Assembly: GCA_035416785.1 (NCBI GenBank)
Contig: DAOLNX010000002.1
Location: 867-64,866 of the forward strand
Reading direction: 5' to 3'
Origin: Smithellaceae bacterium
Lineage (GTDB): Bacteria; Desulfobacterota; Syntrophia; Syntrophales; Smithellaceae
DNA: 64,000 nt
How positions within the stretch are numbered: the stretch's first letter is position 1; the number at the start of each line of letters is the position of its first letter. The position numbers and the translations under genes are program-made. Shown one piece after another: positions 18,393 through 27,717 of this stretch. Below the pieces are notes generated by a model. It saw only the letters and a program-made list of their open reading frames with translations, was not told the origin of the DNA and made no database searches.

Positions 18393-20207
18393 TTGAATCA
18401 GTTGCAGAAGAATATTGCGCTTGTCCTGACGGTGCTTTTGGTTTTTTTGCTGGTTTGGCAGTTGTTTAATCAGCAGAAGCCCGGCACGCAGGAAATGAAT
18501 TATACGGAAATGCTTTCCCATCTCAAGAACGGAGAAATTACGGAAGTCACCATTCAGGGCGAAACCGTAACCGGCAAATTGGCGGGAGGCAAAATATTCA
18601 AGGCGTTTACGCCCAAAGATGATGGATTGGTGGCCATGTTTCGGGAGAAAAATGTCAAAATCACCGCCAAACCGATCGATGAGAACCCTTGGTACATGAT
18701 TCTGGTTTCGTGGTTTCCCATGCTTTTGCTGATTGGGGTGTGGATCTTCTTCATGCGTCAGATGCAGGCGGGCGGCGGCAAGGCTATGTCTTTTGGCAAA
18801 AGCAGGGCCCGCCTCATTACGGACAAAGCCAATAAAGTGACCTTTGCCGATGTGGCCGGGGTCAATGAAGCCAAGGCGGAACTCGAAGAAGTCATTGACT
18901 TTTTGAAAGACCCTAAAAAATACACGAAGTTAGGCGGACGCATTCCAAAAGGGCTTCTGCTGGTGGGGCCTCCCGGCACAGGCAAGACGCTTCTGGCCCG
19001 GGCGATTGCCGGAGAAGCTGATGTTCCCTTTTTGAGCATCAGCGGCTCGGATTTTGTGGAAATGTTCGTGGGTGTCGGTGCTTCCCGTGTGAGGGATTTG
19101 TTCAGTCAGGCCAAAAAGAACGCTCCCTGCATCATTTTTATTGATGAAATTGACGCGGTCGGACGCCACCGCGGTGCAGGTTTGGGCGGAGGCCATGACG
19201 AACGAGAACAGACCCTCAATCAGCTCTTGGTGGAAATGGATGGTTTTGAATCGAATGAAGGGGTTATTCTGGTTTCGGCAACCAACCGTCCCGATGTTTT
19301 GGACCCCGCGCTTCTGCGGCCGGGACGTTTTGACAGGCAGGTGGTGGTTCCTCTTCCGGACGTTAAAGGCCGGGAAAAAATCTTCGAAGTGCACGCAAGA
19401 AAAACTCCGGTTGCCGATGATGTTAATTACGCAGTGCTGGCACGGGGAACGCCTGGCGCATCAGGGGCGGATATTGAGAATCTGGTTAATGAAGGCGCTT
19501 TGAACGCCGCCCGCCTAAACAAGGATAAAGTCACCATGTCGGATTTTGAATTTGCCAAGGATAAAATTCTAATGGGCAGTGAGAGAAAGAGTCTGGTCAT
19601 TAGCGATGAGGAAAAGAAAAATACGGCATACCACGAGGCAGGCCACACGCTGGTGGCTCGCCTGATTCCCGGAACAGATCCGATTCACAAAGTGACGATC
19701 ATTCCTCGCGGCAGGGCGCTCGGGGTAACCCAGCAGCTGCCGATGGATGAGAAACACACCTATCCCAGCAAGTATCTGGAAGGCAATATCTCCGTCCTGC
19801 TAGCGGGACGGGCGGCGGAAGAACTGGTGCTGAAGGATTTTACCACCGGAGCGGGCAACGATATTGAACGAGCTACCAATCTGGCGCGAAAAATGGTGTG
19901 TGAATGGGGCATGAGCGAGACCATGGGACCGCTCAGCTACGGAAAAAAGGAAGAGCAAATCTTTTTGGGGCGCGAATTTGCTACGCACAAAGATTACAGC
20001 GAGGAGACTGCACGTAGAATCGATGAAGAAGTGGTCTCCATCGTGAAGCGAAATTATGACAAGGCAAAATCTCTTCTACATGAGCATATGGATATTCTTC
20101 ACCAAATGTCCAAGGAGCTTTTGGAAAAAGAAGTGCTAAACAGTATGGAAATCGATGCCATTATTGGAAGCGCCCTGCCCGCCGAACATGCCGTGCAGAA
20201 CCAATAA
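18393..20207 (+). CDS. ftsH: ATP-dependent zinc metalloprotease FtsH
   Basis: [17 protein letters not shown], the SRH region [19 protein letters not shown], and the zinc site HEAGH. TTG start. Confidence 0.95.
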   Translation: MNQLQKNIALVLTVLLVFLLVWQLFNQQKPGTQEMNYTEMLSHLKNGEITEVTIQGETVTGKLAGGKIFKAFTPKDDGLVAMFREKNVKITAKPIDENPWYMILVSWFPMLLLIGVWIFFMRQMQAGGGKAMSFGKSRARLITDKANKVTFADVAGVNEAKAELEEVIDFLKDPKKYTKLGGRIPKGLLLVGPPGTGKTLLARAIAGEADVPFLSISGSDFVEMFVGVGASRVRDLFSQAKKNAPCIIFIDEIDAVGRHRGAGLGGGHDEREQTLNQLLVEMDGFESNEGVILVSATNRPDVLDPALLRPGRFDRQVVVPLPDVKGREKIFEVHARKTPVADDVNYAVLARGTPGASGADIENLVNEGALNAARLNKDKVTMSDFEFAKDKILMGSERKSLVISDEEKKNTAYHEAGHTLVARLIPGTDPIHKVTIIPRGRALGVTQQLPMDEKHTYPSKYLEGNISVLLAGRAAEELVLKDFTTGAGNDIERATNLARKMVCEWGMSETMGPLSYGKKEEQIFLGREFATHKDYSEETARRIDEEVVSIVKRNYDKAKSLLHEHMDILHQMSKELLEKEVLNSMEIDAIIGSALPAEHAVQNQ

Positions 20208-21414
20208 ATCCTGGTGCCCGAAGTTGAAAACAGTCAGAATTTCCCGAATTGACGATGCAGTTGAAATATTCCGGAAAATAGGAGTGGACGAGCATGGGAT
20301 CAGCATTATGGCCCCCAAAGCCCTGCACAGCCACATCTTGATTTCATCGCAGTCCTGCAAGATTGCCAACATTCTCAAACAGGAGATGTTGTCACTGGGG
20401 GGCGATGCGGCAGTAGCGCGCGGCAGCGTTTCCTGTTCTGTTGACGCCACAGATATTTTGCTGATGGGGTCGCGCAGGCAGTTGGCCGCTCTGGGCGGCA
20501 AAATCGAAAAACAACCGTTCGGATTGTCTCAAATCGGAAGGGAAATATTGGATATTCTTGACAATATTTCCCGGAATCGCTTCGTTTTGAAAACATCGCG
20601 CCGCGAAATCATTTTGGGAGAGAAAACGTTGGTCATGGGGATTTTAAATGTGACCCCCGATTCTTTCTCCGATGGCAACGTTTTTTTTGATGTACAAAAA
20701 GCCATTGATCACGGAAAGCAGATGGAGGAGGAAGGAGCGGATCTGATTGACATTGGCGGCGAGTCAACAAGGCCGGGATCGAAACCCGTTTCCGCGGAAG
20801 AGGAAATGCAAAGAGTTCTTCCGGTCATTGAGGGCCTGTCCCGCACGGGAAGGGTTCCGATTTCCGTGGATACGAAGAAATCATCCGTGGCCTTGCGGGC
20901 TTTGGAGGCTGGCGCAGAAATAGTTAATGATATCAGTGCACTGGGAGATGTGGACATGGCTTTGATGGTCCGGAAATTCCAGGCAGGATTAATTTTGATG
21001 CATATGCGGGGCACACCGGAAAATATGCAGACTGGTAATTTAATGTATCATGATTTAATGGGAGAAATCATTGATTATTTGCGTGACAGATGTCGCACGG
21101 CCATGGCGGCCGGCATTGGCACAGAGCATCTGGTGGTTGATCCGGGGATCGGTTTTGGAAAAACCTATGGGGATAATTGTAAAATACTGAAAAATATTAG
21201 TGAATTGAAGATTCTGGGATTGCCGCTCTTGATCGGAGCATCACGCAAGGCCTTTATCGGCAGCGTTACCGGCGGAAGTCCGGCCGAAAGGTTGGAAGGA
21301 ACGGCTGCTACGGTTTCGGCAGCTGTTTTAAACGGCTGTCATATTCTTCGCGTTCACGATGTAGCCTTTATGAAAAAAGTTGCAGCCATGACGGATGCGA
21401 TTGTCCGGGCTTGA
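20155..21414 (+). CDS. folP: Dihydropteroate synthase with an N-terminal extension of about 135 aa
   Basis: The DHPS core begins at [15 protein letters not shown], with [10 protein letters not shown] and GASRK. The start is uncertain (ATG 20155, ATG 20188 or TTG 20224); the two ATGs overlap the ftsH 3' end, the TTG does not. Confidence 0.85.
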   Translation: MPLLEAPCPPNMPCRTNKSWCPKLKTVRISRIDDAVEIFRKIGVDEHGISIMAPKALHSHILISSQSCKIANILKQEMLSLGGDAAVARGSVSCSVDATDILLMGSRRQLAALGGKIEKQPFGLSQIGREILDILDNISRNRFVLKTSRREIILGEKTLVMGILNVTPDSFSDGNVFFDVQKAIDHGKQMEEEGADLIDIGGESTRPGSKPVSAEEEMQRVLPVIEGLSRTGRVPISVDTKKSSVALRALEAGAEIVNDISALGDVDMALMVRKFQAGLILMHMRGTPENMQTGNLMYHDLMGEIIDYLRDRCRTAMAAGIGTEHLVVDPGIGFGKTYGDNCKILKNISELKILGLPLLIGASRKAFIGSVTGGSPAERLEGTAATVSAAVLNGCHILRVHDVAFMKKVAAMTDAIVRA

Positions 21415-21424
21415 AAGAATTTTT

Positions 21425-21799
21425 ATGGTTTACGGCATCGGTATTGATCTTGTCGAAAATGAACGTATGGAAAGAATCATCCAAAAATGGGGCGACAGGT
21501 TTTTAGCCAGGGTTTTTTCTCCGGGGGAGATAGCCTATTGCAGCCGCCACGCTCAGGCGTCTTTGCATTATGGAGCACGCTTTGCCGCGAAAGAGGCGTT
21601 TCTCAAAGCGATTGGCAAGGGGTTGGGTGCAGGTGTGAATCTTCTGGATATTGAAGTGGAAAACGAAAAAAGCGGCAGGCCGCGGTTGATCCTGTCTGGA
21701 GGTGCCCGGACTTGTCTGGACAAAGCCTGCGTTGAAAATGTTCATCTGAGCATTTCACATACCAAAAGATATGCGACCGCTTTGGTCGTGCTGGAATAA
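21425..21799 (+). CDS. acpS: Holo-[acyl-carrier-protein] synthase
   Basis: MVYGIGIDLVEN…FAAKEAFLKA…SISH. Confidence 0.9.
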   Translation: MVYGIGIDLVENERMERIIQKWGDRFLARVFSPGEIAYCSRHAQASLHYGARFAAKEAFLKAIGKGLGAGVNLLDIEVENEKSGRPRLILSGGARTCLDKACVENVHLSISHTKRYATALVVLE

Positions 21800-21825
21800 T
21801 AACGGATGCCTATGCCGGTTTTTGT

Positions 21826-22311
21826 ATGAATGAACAAAGCAAGAATTTTGAAATATTGTCCGAAAACGCCGGCCGGACGGTTTGTGTCGGACTGGCCATT
21901 GGGAAAAAGGCGGGGGCAGGGGACATTTTTGCCTTGTCCGGTGAACTGGGAGCGGGAAAAACCTGCTGGACCGGCGGATTGGCCAGAGGACTGGGGGTCG
22001 GCGAGGAGTATCCGATTGTCAGTCCGACTTTTACGCTGGTCAATGAGTATCCGGGCCGATGTCCTTTATATCATTTCGATGTTTACCGGTTAAAACAGGC
22101 AGGAGATTTGGACGATTTGGGGTATGAGGAATATCTTTCGGGCAAGGGGGTGATGGTCGTCGAATGGGCGGAGAAGATTGCGGACGCATTACCTTCGGAG
22201 GCCATATGGGTCCATTTTTCATATATTGATGAAAACAGAAGAAAGATTGTTTTACGCGGTCCGGAAAAAAGGGTTGAAGAATTGGTCAAAGATCTTCAGG
22301 AGGAGGTTTGA
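21826..22311 (+). CDS. tsaE: tRNA t6A37 biosynthesis ATPase TsaE (YjeE)
   Basis: LSGELGAGKT…SPTFTLVNEY…HFDVYRL. Confidence 0.88.
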   Translation: MNEQSKNFEILSENAGRTVCVGLAIGKKAGAGDIFALSGELGAGKTCWTGGLARGLGVGEEYPIVSPTFTLVNEYPGRCPLYHFDVYRLKQAGDLDDLGYEEYLSGKGVMVVEWAEKIADALPSEAIWVHFSYIDENRRKIVLRGPEKRVEELVKDLQEEV

Positions 22312-22314
22312 TAT

Positions 22315-23535
22315 ATGGGGTTGGTGGTTCAGAAATTTGGCGGTACATCGGTGGCGAATATTGAAAAAATTAAAAATGTAGCGGGAAAGGCTATCAAAGA
22401 GAAAAATGCCGGACATGATGTCATTGTCGTTCTCTCTGCAATGGCGGGAGAAACCAACAGGCTGATTGATCTGGCGCACAGCGCCGCAGATAATCCTGAT
22501 GAGCGGGAATATGATTCGCTGATTTCGACAGGCGAGCAGGTAACCATTACTTTGCTGTCGATTGTGTTAAATGCGATGGGGTACCGTTCCCGTTCCCTGC
22601 TTGGTTTTCAGGTGAAAATCAAGACGGATAAAGCCTATAAAAAAGCCAGGATTGAAGTGATCGATACGGAGCTTATCGAGCAAGAGCTGAAAAACGGTAC
22701 GATTGTCGTTGTTGCCGGGTTTCAGGGGGTGGATCAGGAGAACAACATTACCACGCTGGGACGCGGCGGCTCTGACACAAGTGCCGTCGCTTTGGCGGCT
22801 GCACTGAACGCCGAGCGCTGCGATATCTATACGGATGTGGACGGTGTTTATACAACGGATCCCAATATCTGTGCCAAAGCCAGAAGGCTGGATAAAATTT
22901 CCTACGATGAAATGCTGGAAATGGCCATGACGGGCGCAAAAGTTTTGCAGCCTCGTTCTGTGGAAATGGCCAAAAAATACAATGTGCCTGTTTATGTCAA
23001 ATCAACCTTTTCCGATGAAGGCGGAACACTTGTAACGAAGGAGGATGGAGAGATGGAAAAAGAAGTGCTTTCAGGAGTGACCTATGACCGGGATCAGGCG
23101 AAAATAACGGTTGTTCATGTGCCCGACAAGCCGGGGATCGCGGCCAGCTTGTTTTCGCCTTTGTCGGAACGGAATATCAGCGTGGACATGATTATTCAGA
23201 ATGCCAGCGCGCAGGGTTTCACGGATCTGACCTTTACTGTCTCCAAGAAAGACATGAAAGAGGCACAGAGGATGATTGAAGCGGCGGCAAAAGACATTGG
23301 TGCTCAGAGCGTGGAAGTGGATGATGATGTGGCGAAGGTGTCCATCATCGGCGTGGGAATGGTCAGTCATTCCGGCGTTGCGGCGAAAATGTTTAAAGCC
23401 ATGGCGGATGAAGGCATCAACATTATGATGATCAGTACATCTGAAATTAAAATCTCATGCGTGATTCAGAGAAAATACACGGAGCTCGCCGTTACCGTGC
23501 TTCATGACGCTTTTCATCTGGAAAAGAAAAGCTAA
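22315..23535 (+). CDS. lysC: Aspartate kinase (monofunctional, with ACT domains)
   Basis: VVQKFGGTSV…LGRGGSDTSAVALAAAL…IYTDVDGVYTTDP and C-terminal ACT repeats. Confidence 0.92.
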   Translation: MGLVVQKFGGTSVANIEKIKNVAGKAIKEKNAGHDVIVVLSAMAGETNRLIDLAHSAADNPDEREYDSLISTGEQVTITLLSIVLNAMGYRSRSLLGFQVKIKTDKAYKKARIEVIDTELIEQELKNGTIVVVAGFQGVDQENNITTLGRGGSDTSAVALAAALNAERCDIYTDVDGVYTTDPNICAKARRLDKISYDEMLEMAMTGAKVLQPRSVEMAKKYNVPVYVKSTFSDEGGTLVTKEDGEMEKEVLSGVTYDRDQAKITVVHVPDKPGIAASLFSPLSERNISVDMIIQNASAQGFTDLTFTVSKKDMKEAQRMIEAAAKDIGAQSVEVDDDVAKVSIIGVGMVSHSGVAAKMFKAMADEGINIMMISTSEIKISCVIQRKYTELAVTVLHDAFHLEKKS

Positions 23536-23576
23536 TGTTAAATGTGATCTGATAGTCAGAAGCGAAAGGTTCAACC

Positions 23577-24128
23577 ATGGTTGAACGTCAGACAAGGGGA
23601 ATGATTGCCATAGCTGTTATTTTGTCCTTTATTCCCCTTGTCGGTTTTTTTTATCCGTCAACCTTCACATATCCGATTTTATCCACATCCAACAAGGATT
23701 CTCTCATCATCGAAATTGATGCGGAAGACGGCCCATCCGGTGTCTTCTTTGTCGGGCCGAAAACAACGGCAAAAGAGCTTCTATGCCAGCTTCAGGTTGT
23801 TTTTGACGGCAAACAGGATTTTCCGTTGCAAAATGCCATGAAAATCCGTCTTCTGGAAGAGAGAGGCGGGCAGCGCATTCTTGTGGAGAAGATGGCCGCC
23901 GCGAATAGACTGGCGTTGGGTTTGCCGATGGACGTCAATTCGGCTGGTCAGGAGGAATTGGAACTGGTTCCGGGCCTGGGGCGGAAAACAGCCGCCGGGA
24001 TTTTGGCGCTACGAAGGGAAATCGGCCGGTTTGAATCGTTGGAGCAACTGACTCGCATTAAAGGAATCAAGGAAAAAAAACTATCAAAAATAAGACCTTA
24101 TCTTTATATTGAAGATGCCCCGCCATGA
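23577..24128 (+). CDS. comEA: ComEA-like helix-hairpin-helix DNA-binding protein
   Basis: N-terminal transmembrane segment. The C-terminal part is VNSAGQEELELVPGLGRKTAAGILALRREIGRFESLEQLTRIKGIKEKKL (HhH repeats). Confidence 0.7.
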   Translation: MVERQTRGMIAIAVILSFIPLVGFFYPSTFTYPILSTSNKDSLIIEIDAEDGPSGVFFVGPKTTAKELLCQLQVVFDGKQDFPLQNAMKIRLLEERGGQRILVEKMAAANRLALGLPMDVNSAGQEELELVPGLGRKTAAGILALRREIGRFESLEQLTRIKGIKEKKLSKIRPYLYIEDAPP

Positions 24129-24131
24129 AGA

Positions 24132-24755
24132 TTACGTTTTGCTGTAAGATTCGTACAGGTCCAAAACGCGCCGCACGTAATTTTGTGTTTCACGATAGGG
24201 AGGAATGCTGTTGTTGTATTTTGCGACAGCTCCTTCTCCGGCATTATAGGCGGCCAGTGCAAGCGTCAGATTGCCCCGATAAAGGTTCAGCAGATACCGC
24301 AGGTACCTTGCTCCACCCTCGATATTATCGCCGGGATGAAAAACATCTTCTACATTCAGCGCGGAAGCAGTTTGAGGCATCAGCTGCATCAGGCCTTTGG
24401 CGCCGGCGCGGGAAACCGCCTGATGGTTAAAGTTGGATTCGGCCTTGATCACGGCTTTTATGAGAGCTGCGTCCAGATTGAATTTGGCTGCGGCGTTGCT
24501 GATGATTTTATCATATTGCTGAATATTGATTTTATTTGAAATAATGATTCTTTTTTCCTTGAGCACCACCACATATTTTGCGCGGGGGTTGGAGGGCACA
24601 TTGGTGATATGGATGACGCCGCTGGCATCTTCATACTTGTAGATATCCGCCCAGGCGGTTGCGGCATTTCCGGTTAGCCAAAAAGACAACAAAACGGAAA
24701 CGAAGAAGATCGCTTTTCTGATTCTGAATAGAAATATTCTTTCCAGTTTGCTCAT
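24132..24755 (-). CDS. Lytic transglycosylase (SLT domain) with a DUF4124-like N-terminal part
   Basis: Signal peptide. IYKYEDASGVIHITN (DUF4124-like), ESNFNHQAVSRAGAKGLMQLMPQTA and AYNAG. Confidence 0.85.
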   Translation of the reverse strand: MSKLERIFLFRIRKAIFFVSVLLSFWLTGNAATAWADIYKYEDASGVIHITNVPSNPRAKYVVVLKEKRIIISNKINIQQYDKIISNAAAKFNLDAALIKAVIKAESNFNHQAVSRAGAKGLMQLMPQTASALNVEDVFHPGDNIEGGARYLRYLLNLYRGNLTLALAAYNAGEGAVAKYNNSIPPYRETQNYVRRVLDLYESYSKT

Positions 24756-24886
24756 GTATTTTTCATACGTGAAGATGATTTTTTATTCAAGAAAAAAATG
24801 AAATCAGCGTATAATGAGCAAAATCAAGGCTTTTGCCTTTTGGAAATCTTGGATTATTTCCCGGCATCTTTGACTTTTGTTTGTCC

Positions 24887-24915
24887 TTGACATGCTTCTT
24901 TGATGGTGGTAATGA
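24887..24915 (+). promoter_or_regulatory. Candidate sigma70 promoter for tRNA-Pro
   Basis: TTGACA (24887-24892), then 14 nt, then an extended -10-like element (TGg, 24907-24909) followed by TAATGA (24910-24915). The tRNA 5' end lies 27 nt downstream. Confidence 0.35.
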
Positions 24916-24941
24916 CTTTTTCACTTAAAAATAAGGCATGT

Positions 24942-25018
24942 CGGGGCGTGGCGCAGTCTGGTAGCGTATCTGAATGGGGTTCAGAGGGCCGGTGGTTCAA
25001 ATCCACTCGCCCCGACCA
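24942..25018 (+). tRNA. tRNA-Pro (anticodon GGG), CCA encoded
   Basis: Folded by hand. Acceptor stem CGGGGCG/CGCCCCG, D stem GCGC/GCGT, anticodon stem TCTGA/TCAGA with loop AT-GGG-GT, T arm GGTGG-TTCAAAT-CCACT, and 3' ACCA. Total length 77 nt. Confidence 0.9.
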
Positions 25019-25046
25019 GTTCTTATTAAATTTGAGTAAACATTCC

Positions 25047-27635
25047 ATGCCGCGAAACTTTAAATCTCGATTTTTTCAACAAAAAAAAATGTTTTGGTCC
25101 TGTTGTGCGTTGTTTGTGGTCTGTTTTCTGGTTTTAGGCTGCTCTCATCTGGCAAACCGCCATTTCCGGAGCAAACTGGATGATCTCCAGGGAACCGTCA
25201 TTTTGGATGGACTCAAGGATAAGGTTACGGTAAGCCGGGATGATTACGGTATTCCTCTGGTGGAAGCGCAAAACATGGAAGATATGGCCATGGCTGTCGG
25301 ATATGTCCATGCCTCTGATCGGCTCACCCAGATGATCGGCATGAAGTTGTTGTCGCAGGGGAGGCTGGCCGAGATGGCCGGTCCTTCGGTCCTCGCTTTA
25401 GATATCTACATGCGCAGCGTGAATCCCGCCAGCACGGCGGAAATCCTCTATAAAAATGTATCAGCGGCCAACCGCCGGCTTTTGCAGTGCTACAGCGACG
25501 GCGTGAACGCCTATCTGAAAAGCCATCAGAACAGGCTGCCTCCGGGGCTTGCCCTGTCCGGTTACAAACCGGAGCCCTGGGAACCTGTCGATTCGGTCCG
25601 AGTCTTTACACTTTTGAGTCTTGGTCTGTCTTTTAACTTTGCTGAGGAAATCGCCATTTTGAATGTTGCCCAGGCGATTGGCGCAAAGAAGACGGCCTGG
25701 CTTTCGCCCATTTATCCGGATGAGTCTCTTGCGTTTGACGAGGCGGCCAAACTCGGAGAAATCAATCTGAAAATGGCGGAGGCCGGAATCCGCGAGCTTG
25801 CCGAACTTCATCCAATTTTGCATTCCCTCGGTCTGGGGGGCATTGCGGCATCCAATAACTGGGCCATCTCCAGGGAAAGAACCAGCGGCAAAGCCAGCAT
25901 TTTTTCCAATGACATGCATTTGCCCTTGAGCATGCCCTCGGTCTGGAATCTGTTGCACGTGCGCTGCGGCTCCTATGATGCAGCCGGAGTGAGCATTGCG
26001 GGAGCGCCGGTGATTATCGCAGGCTATAACGGACGCGTTGCCTGGGGTATGACGATGGTCATGGCGGACAATCAGGATGTTTTTCTTGAGCAAATCAAAC
26101 TGGTGGAAGGCAGGCTTCATTATCTGCACAAGGGAAAGTGGCTGCCGGTTTCCGAGCGTCGGGAAGTTTTCCGCAGTAAGGGAGGGGAACGAAAAAATAT
26201 CAGTATTTACGAGACCTTACATGGAACGTTGATGAGCGAGGCGCTAAGGGGGGAGCCTTTGCATCTTATTCAGGCCATGCCGGTGGACATTCCTTACGGT
26301 ATCGCCCTTTGCCGTGCGAAGCCGGATGGAAATGATGACAGCATGAATGCTTTTTTCCAGTTGGGTTTCTCCGGTTCGGTGGATGAAGCCATAGCGGCTG
26401 CAAAACGGATCCGGTCCATTCCTTTGAATATGATGTTTGCGGATAAAGAAAATATTGCGTGGCAGGTGACCGGCAATTACCCTTTGCGGGCCGGAGGGCG
26501 AGGACTTGCGCCATCGCCGGGCTGGACAGGCCGTTATGACTGGACCGGTTTTCTGGATTCGTCCGCTTTGCCGTATCAAAAAAATCCTCCGCAAGGATTT
26601 CTGGGCACGGCAAATCACCGCACAGTTCCGAAAGACTATCCCCATATTCTTTCCTCCTCTTGGTACTGGCCGGAACGAGCCGAGCGTATCGAACAAATGG
26701 TCCTTGCGACCCATCAGCACACGGCGGAAACCAGCATGGCAATGCAACTGGACACTTTCTCGCTGTTTGTGTCAAAATTGCGGAATGACGTGCTGACAGG
26801 ACCATTTGCGGCGGAAATCATGAAAGAGTCAGAGTCCTGGCAGGATGAAAAAAGAGTTTCGCGTATGCGCCTTGCCCTGGAGATGCTGCGGAATTTTCGC
26901 GGTGATATGAAGGCGGATTCGGCGGAAGCGGCGCTTTTGGGCTCTTTTCTGGACGCAGTTACGAAAAACATCTTTCTGGATGAATTGGGGCCAATGGATT
27001 CCCGGGCCTGGAAGTCGTTTGTGATTCTCAACAGTGAGAGCTATAACGCCACCTGCGATCATCTGCTCGTTCGCGGAAATGAAAGTCCCTTCTGGGATGA
27101 CATCGCTACGCCCGAAAAGGAAACCAAGGCCGGCATCGTTGCCCGGTCACTGGCGGATGCCGTTTTATTTCTGGAATCGACCTGTGCGGAAAAGCCACAG
27201 CAATGGAAATGGGGAAATCTGCACACCGGCACTTGGGAAACCGATAGTTTCCAAATGGCGAAGCATCTGGGATGGATGGAAAGAACAGCGTTGAAAAGCC
27301 TCTGGTCCTATTTTAACAGGGGGCCTTATCCTGCCGAAGGAGATATGTTCACACTCAATGTGTCGATGTATATGATGGGGGGAGATTTTCAGGCCTGGAT
27401 CATTCCCTCGATGCGGATGGTTGTCGATTTTAGCAGGAAAGAGCCCATGATGGCTGTCAACAGTTCCGGACAGTCGGATAATCCTTCCAGTCCCTATTAT
27501 GATGACGGTGTAGAAGCTTGGCGCGAAGGACGCTATTTACCTTTTCCTTTCCAGGAAGAAAACATTCGTGCACATTACAGACATATTCTGATTCTGCAGC
27601 CGTCTTCCAGTGCCGAAGAAAAAAACGCCATATAA
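25047..27635 (+). CDS. Penicillin-acylase-family Ntn hydrolase (AHL-acylase-like), lipoprotein
   Basis: Lipobox VLGCS. Candidate beta-subunit nucleophile in GIAASNNWAIS. Length about 860 aa. The start is trimmed to ATG 25047 because the track ORF (24900) reads through the tRNA. Confidence 0.85.
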   Translation: MPRNFKSRFFQQKKMFWSCCALFVVCFLVLGCSHLANRHFRSKLDDLQGTVILDGLKDKVTVSRDDYGIPLVEAQNMEDMAMAVGYVHASDRLTQMIGMKLLSQGRLAEMAGPSVLALDIYMRSVNPASTAEILYKNVSAANRRLLQCYSDGVNAYLKSHQNRLPPGLALSGYKPEPWEPVDSVRVFTLLSLGLSFNFAEEIAILNVAQAIGAKKTAWLSPIYPDESLAFDEAAKLGEINLKMAEAGIRELAELHPILHSLGLGGIAASNNWAISRERTSGKASIFSNDMHLPLSMPSVWNLLHVRCGSYDAAGVSIAGAPVIIAGYNGRVAWGMTMVMADNQDVFLEQIKLVEGRLHYLHKGKWLPVSERREVFRSKGGERKNISIYETLHGTLMSEALRGEPLHLIQAMPVDIPYGIALCRAKPDGNDDSMNAFFQLGFSGSVDEAIAAAKRIRSIPLNMMFADKENIAWQVTGNYPLRAGGRGLAPSPGWTGRYDWTGFLDSSALPYQKNPPQGFLGTANHRTVPKDYPHILSSSWYWPERAERIEQMVLATHQHTAETSMAMQLDTFSLFVSKLRNDVLTGPFAAEIMKESESWQDEKRVSRMRLALEMLRNFRGDMKADSAEAALLGSFLDAVTKNIFLDELGPMDSRAWKSFVILNSESYNATCDHLLVRGNESPFWDDIATPEKETKAGIVARSLADAVLFLESTCAEKPQQWKWGNLHTGTWETDSFQMAKHLGWMERTALKSLWSYFNRGPYPAEGDMFTLNVSMYMMGGDFQAWIIPSMRMVVDFSRKEPMMAVNSSGQSDNPSSPYYDDGVEAWREGRYLPFPFQEENIRAHYRHILILQPSSSAEEKNAI

Positions 27636-27717
27636 AACCGATTTGATACGCTCCGCGAATCGGTTTCCGCCGATGCGGATTTAAACTTGAATGTTTTTTC
27701 TCGAAAGGATCATTCCC

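Noticed and set aside
24900-25046. The 5' part of the 911-aa track ORF reads straight through the tRNA-Pro gene.
   Set aside because: The tRNA folds cleanly, and the protein homology (signal peptide/lipobox) only starts at ATG 25047. The upstream part is a frame open by chance.
27635-27680. Two small hairpins after the acylase gene (AAACCGATT…AATCGGTTT and TCCGC-CGAT-GCGGA).
   Set aside because: Neither has a convincing U-tract. I could not decide between a weak terminator and chance, so I did not call them as features.
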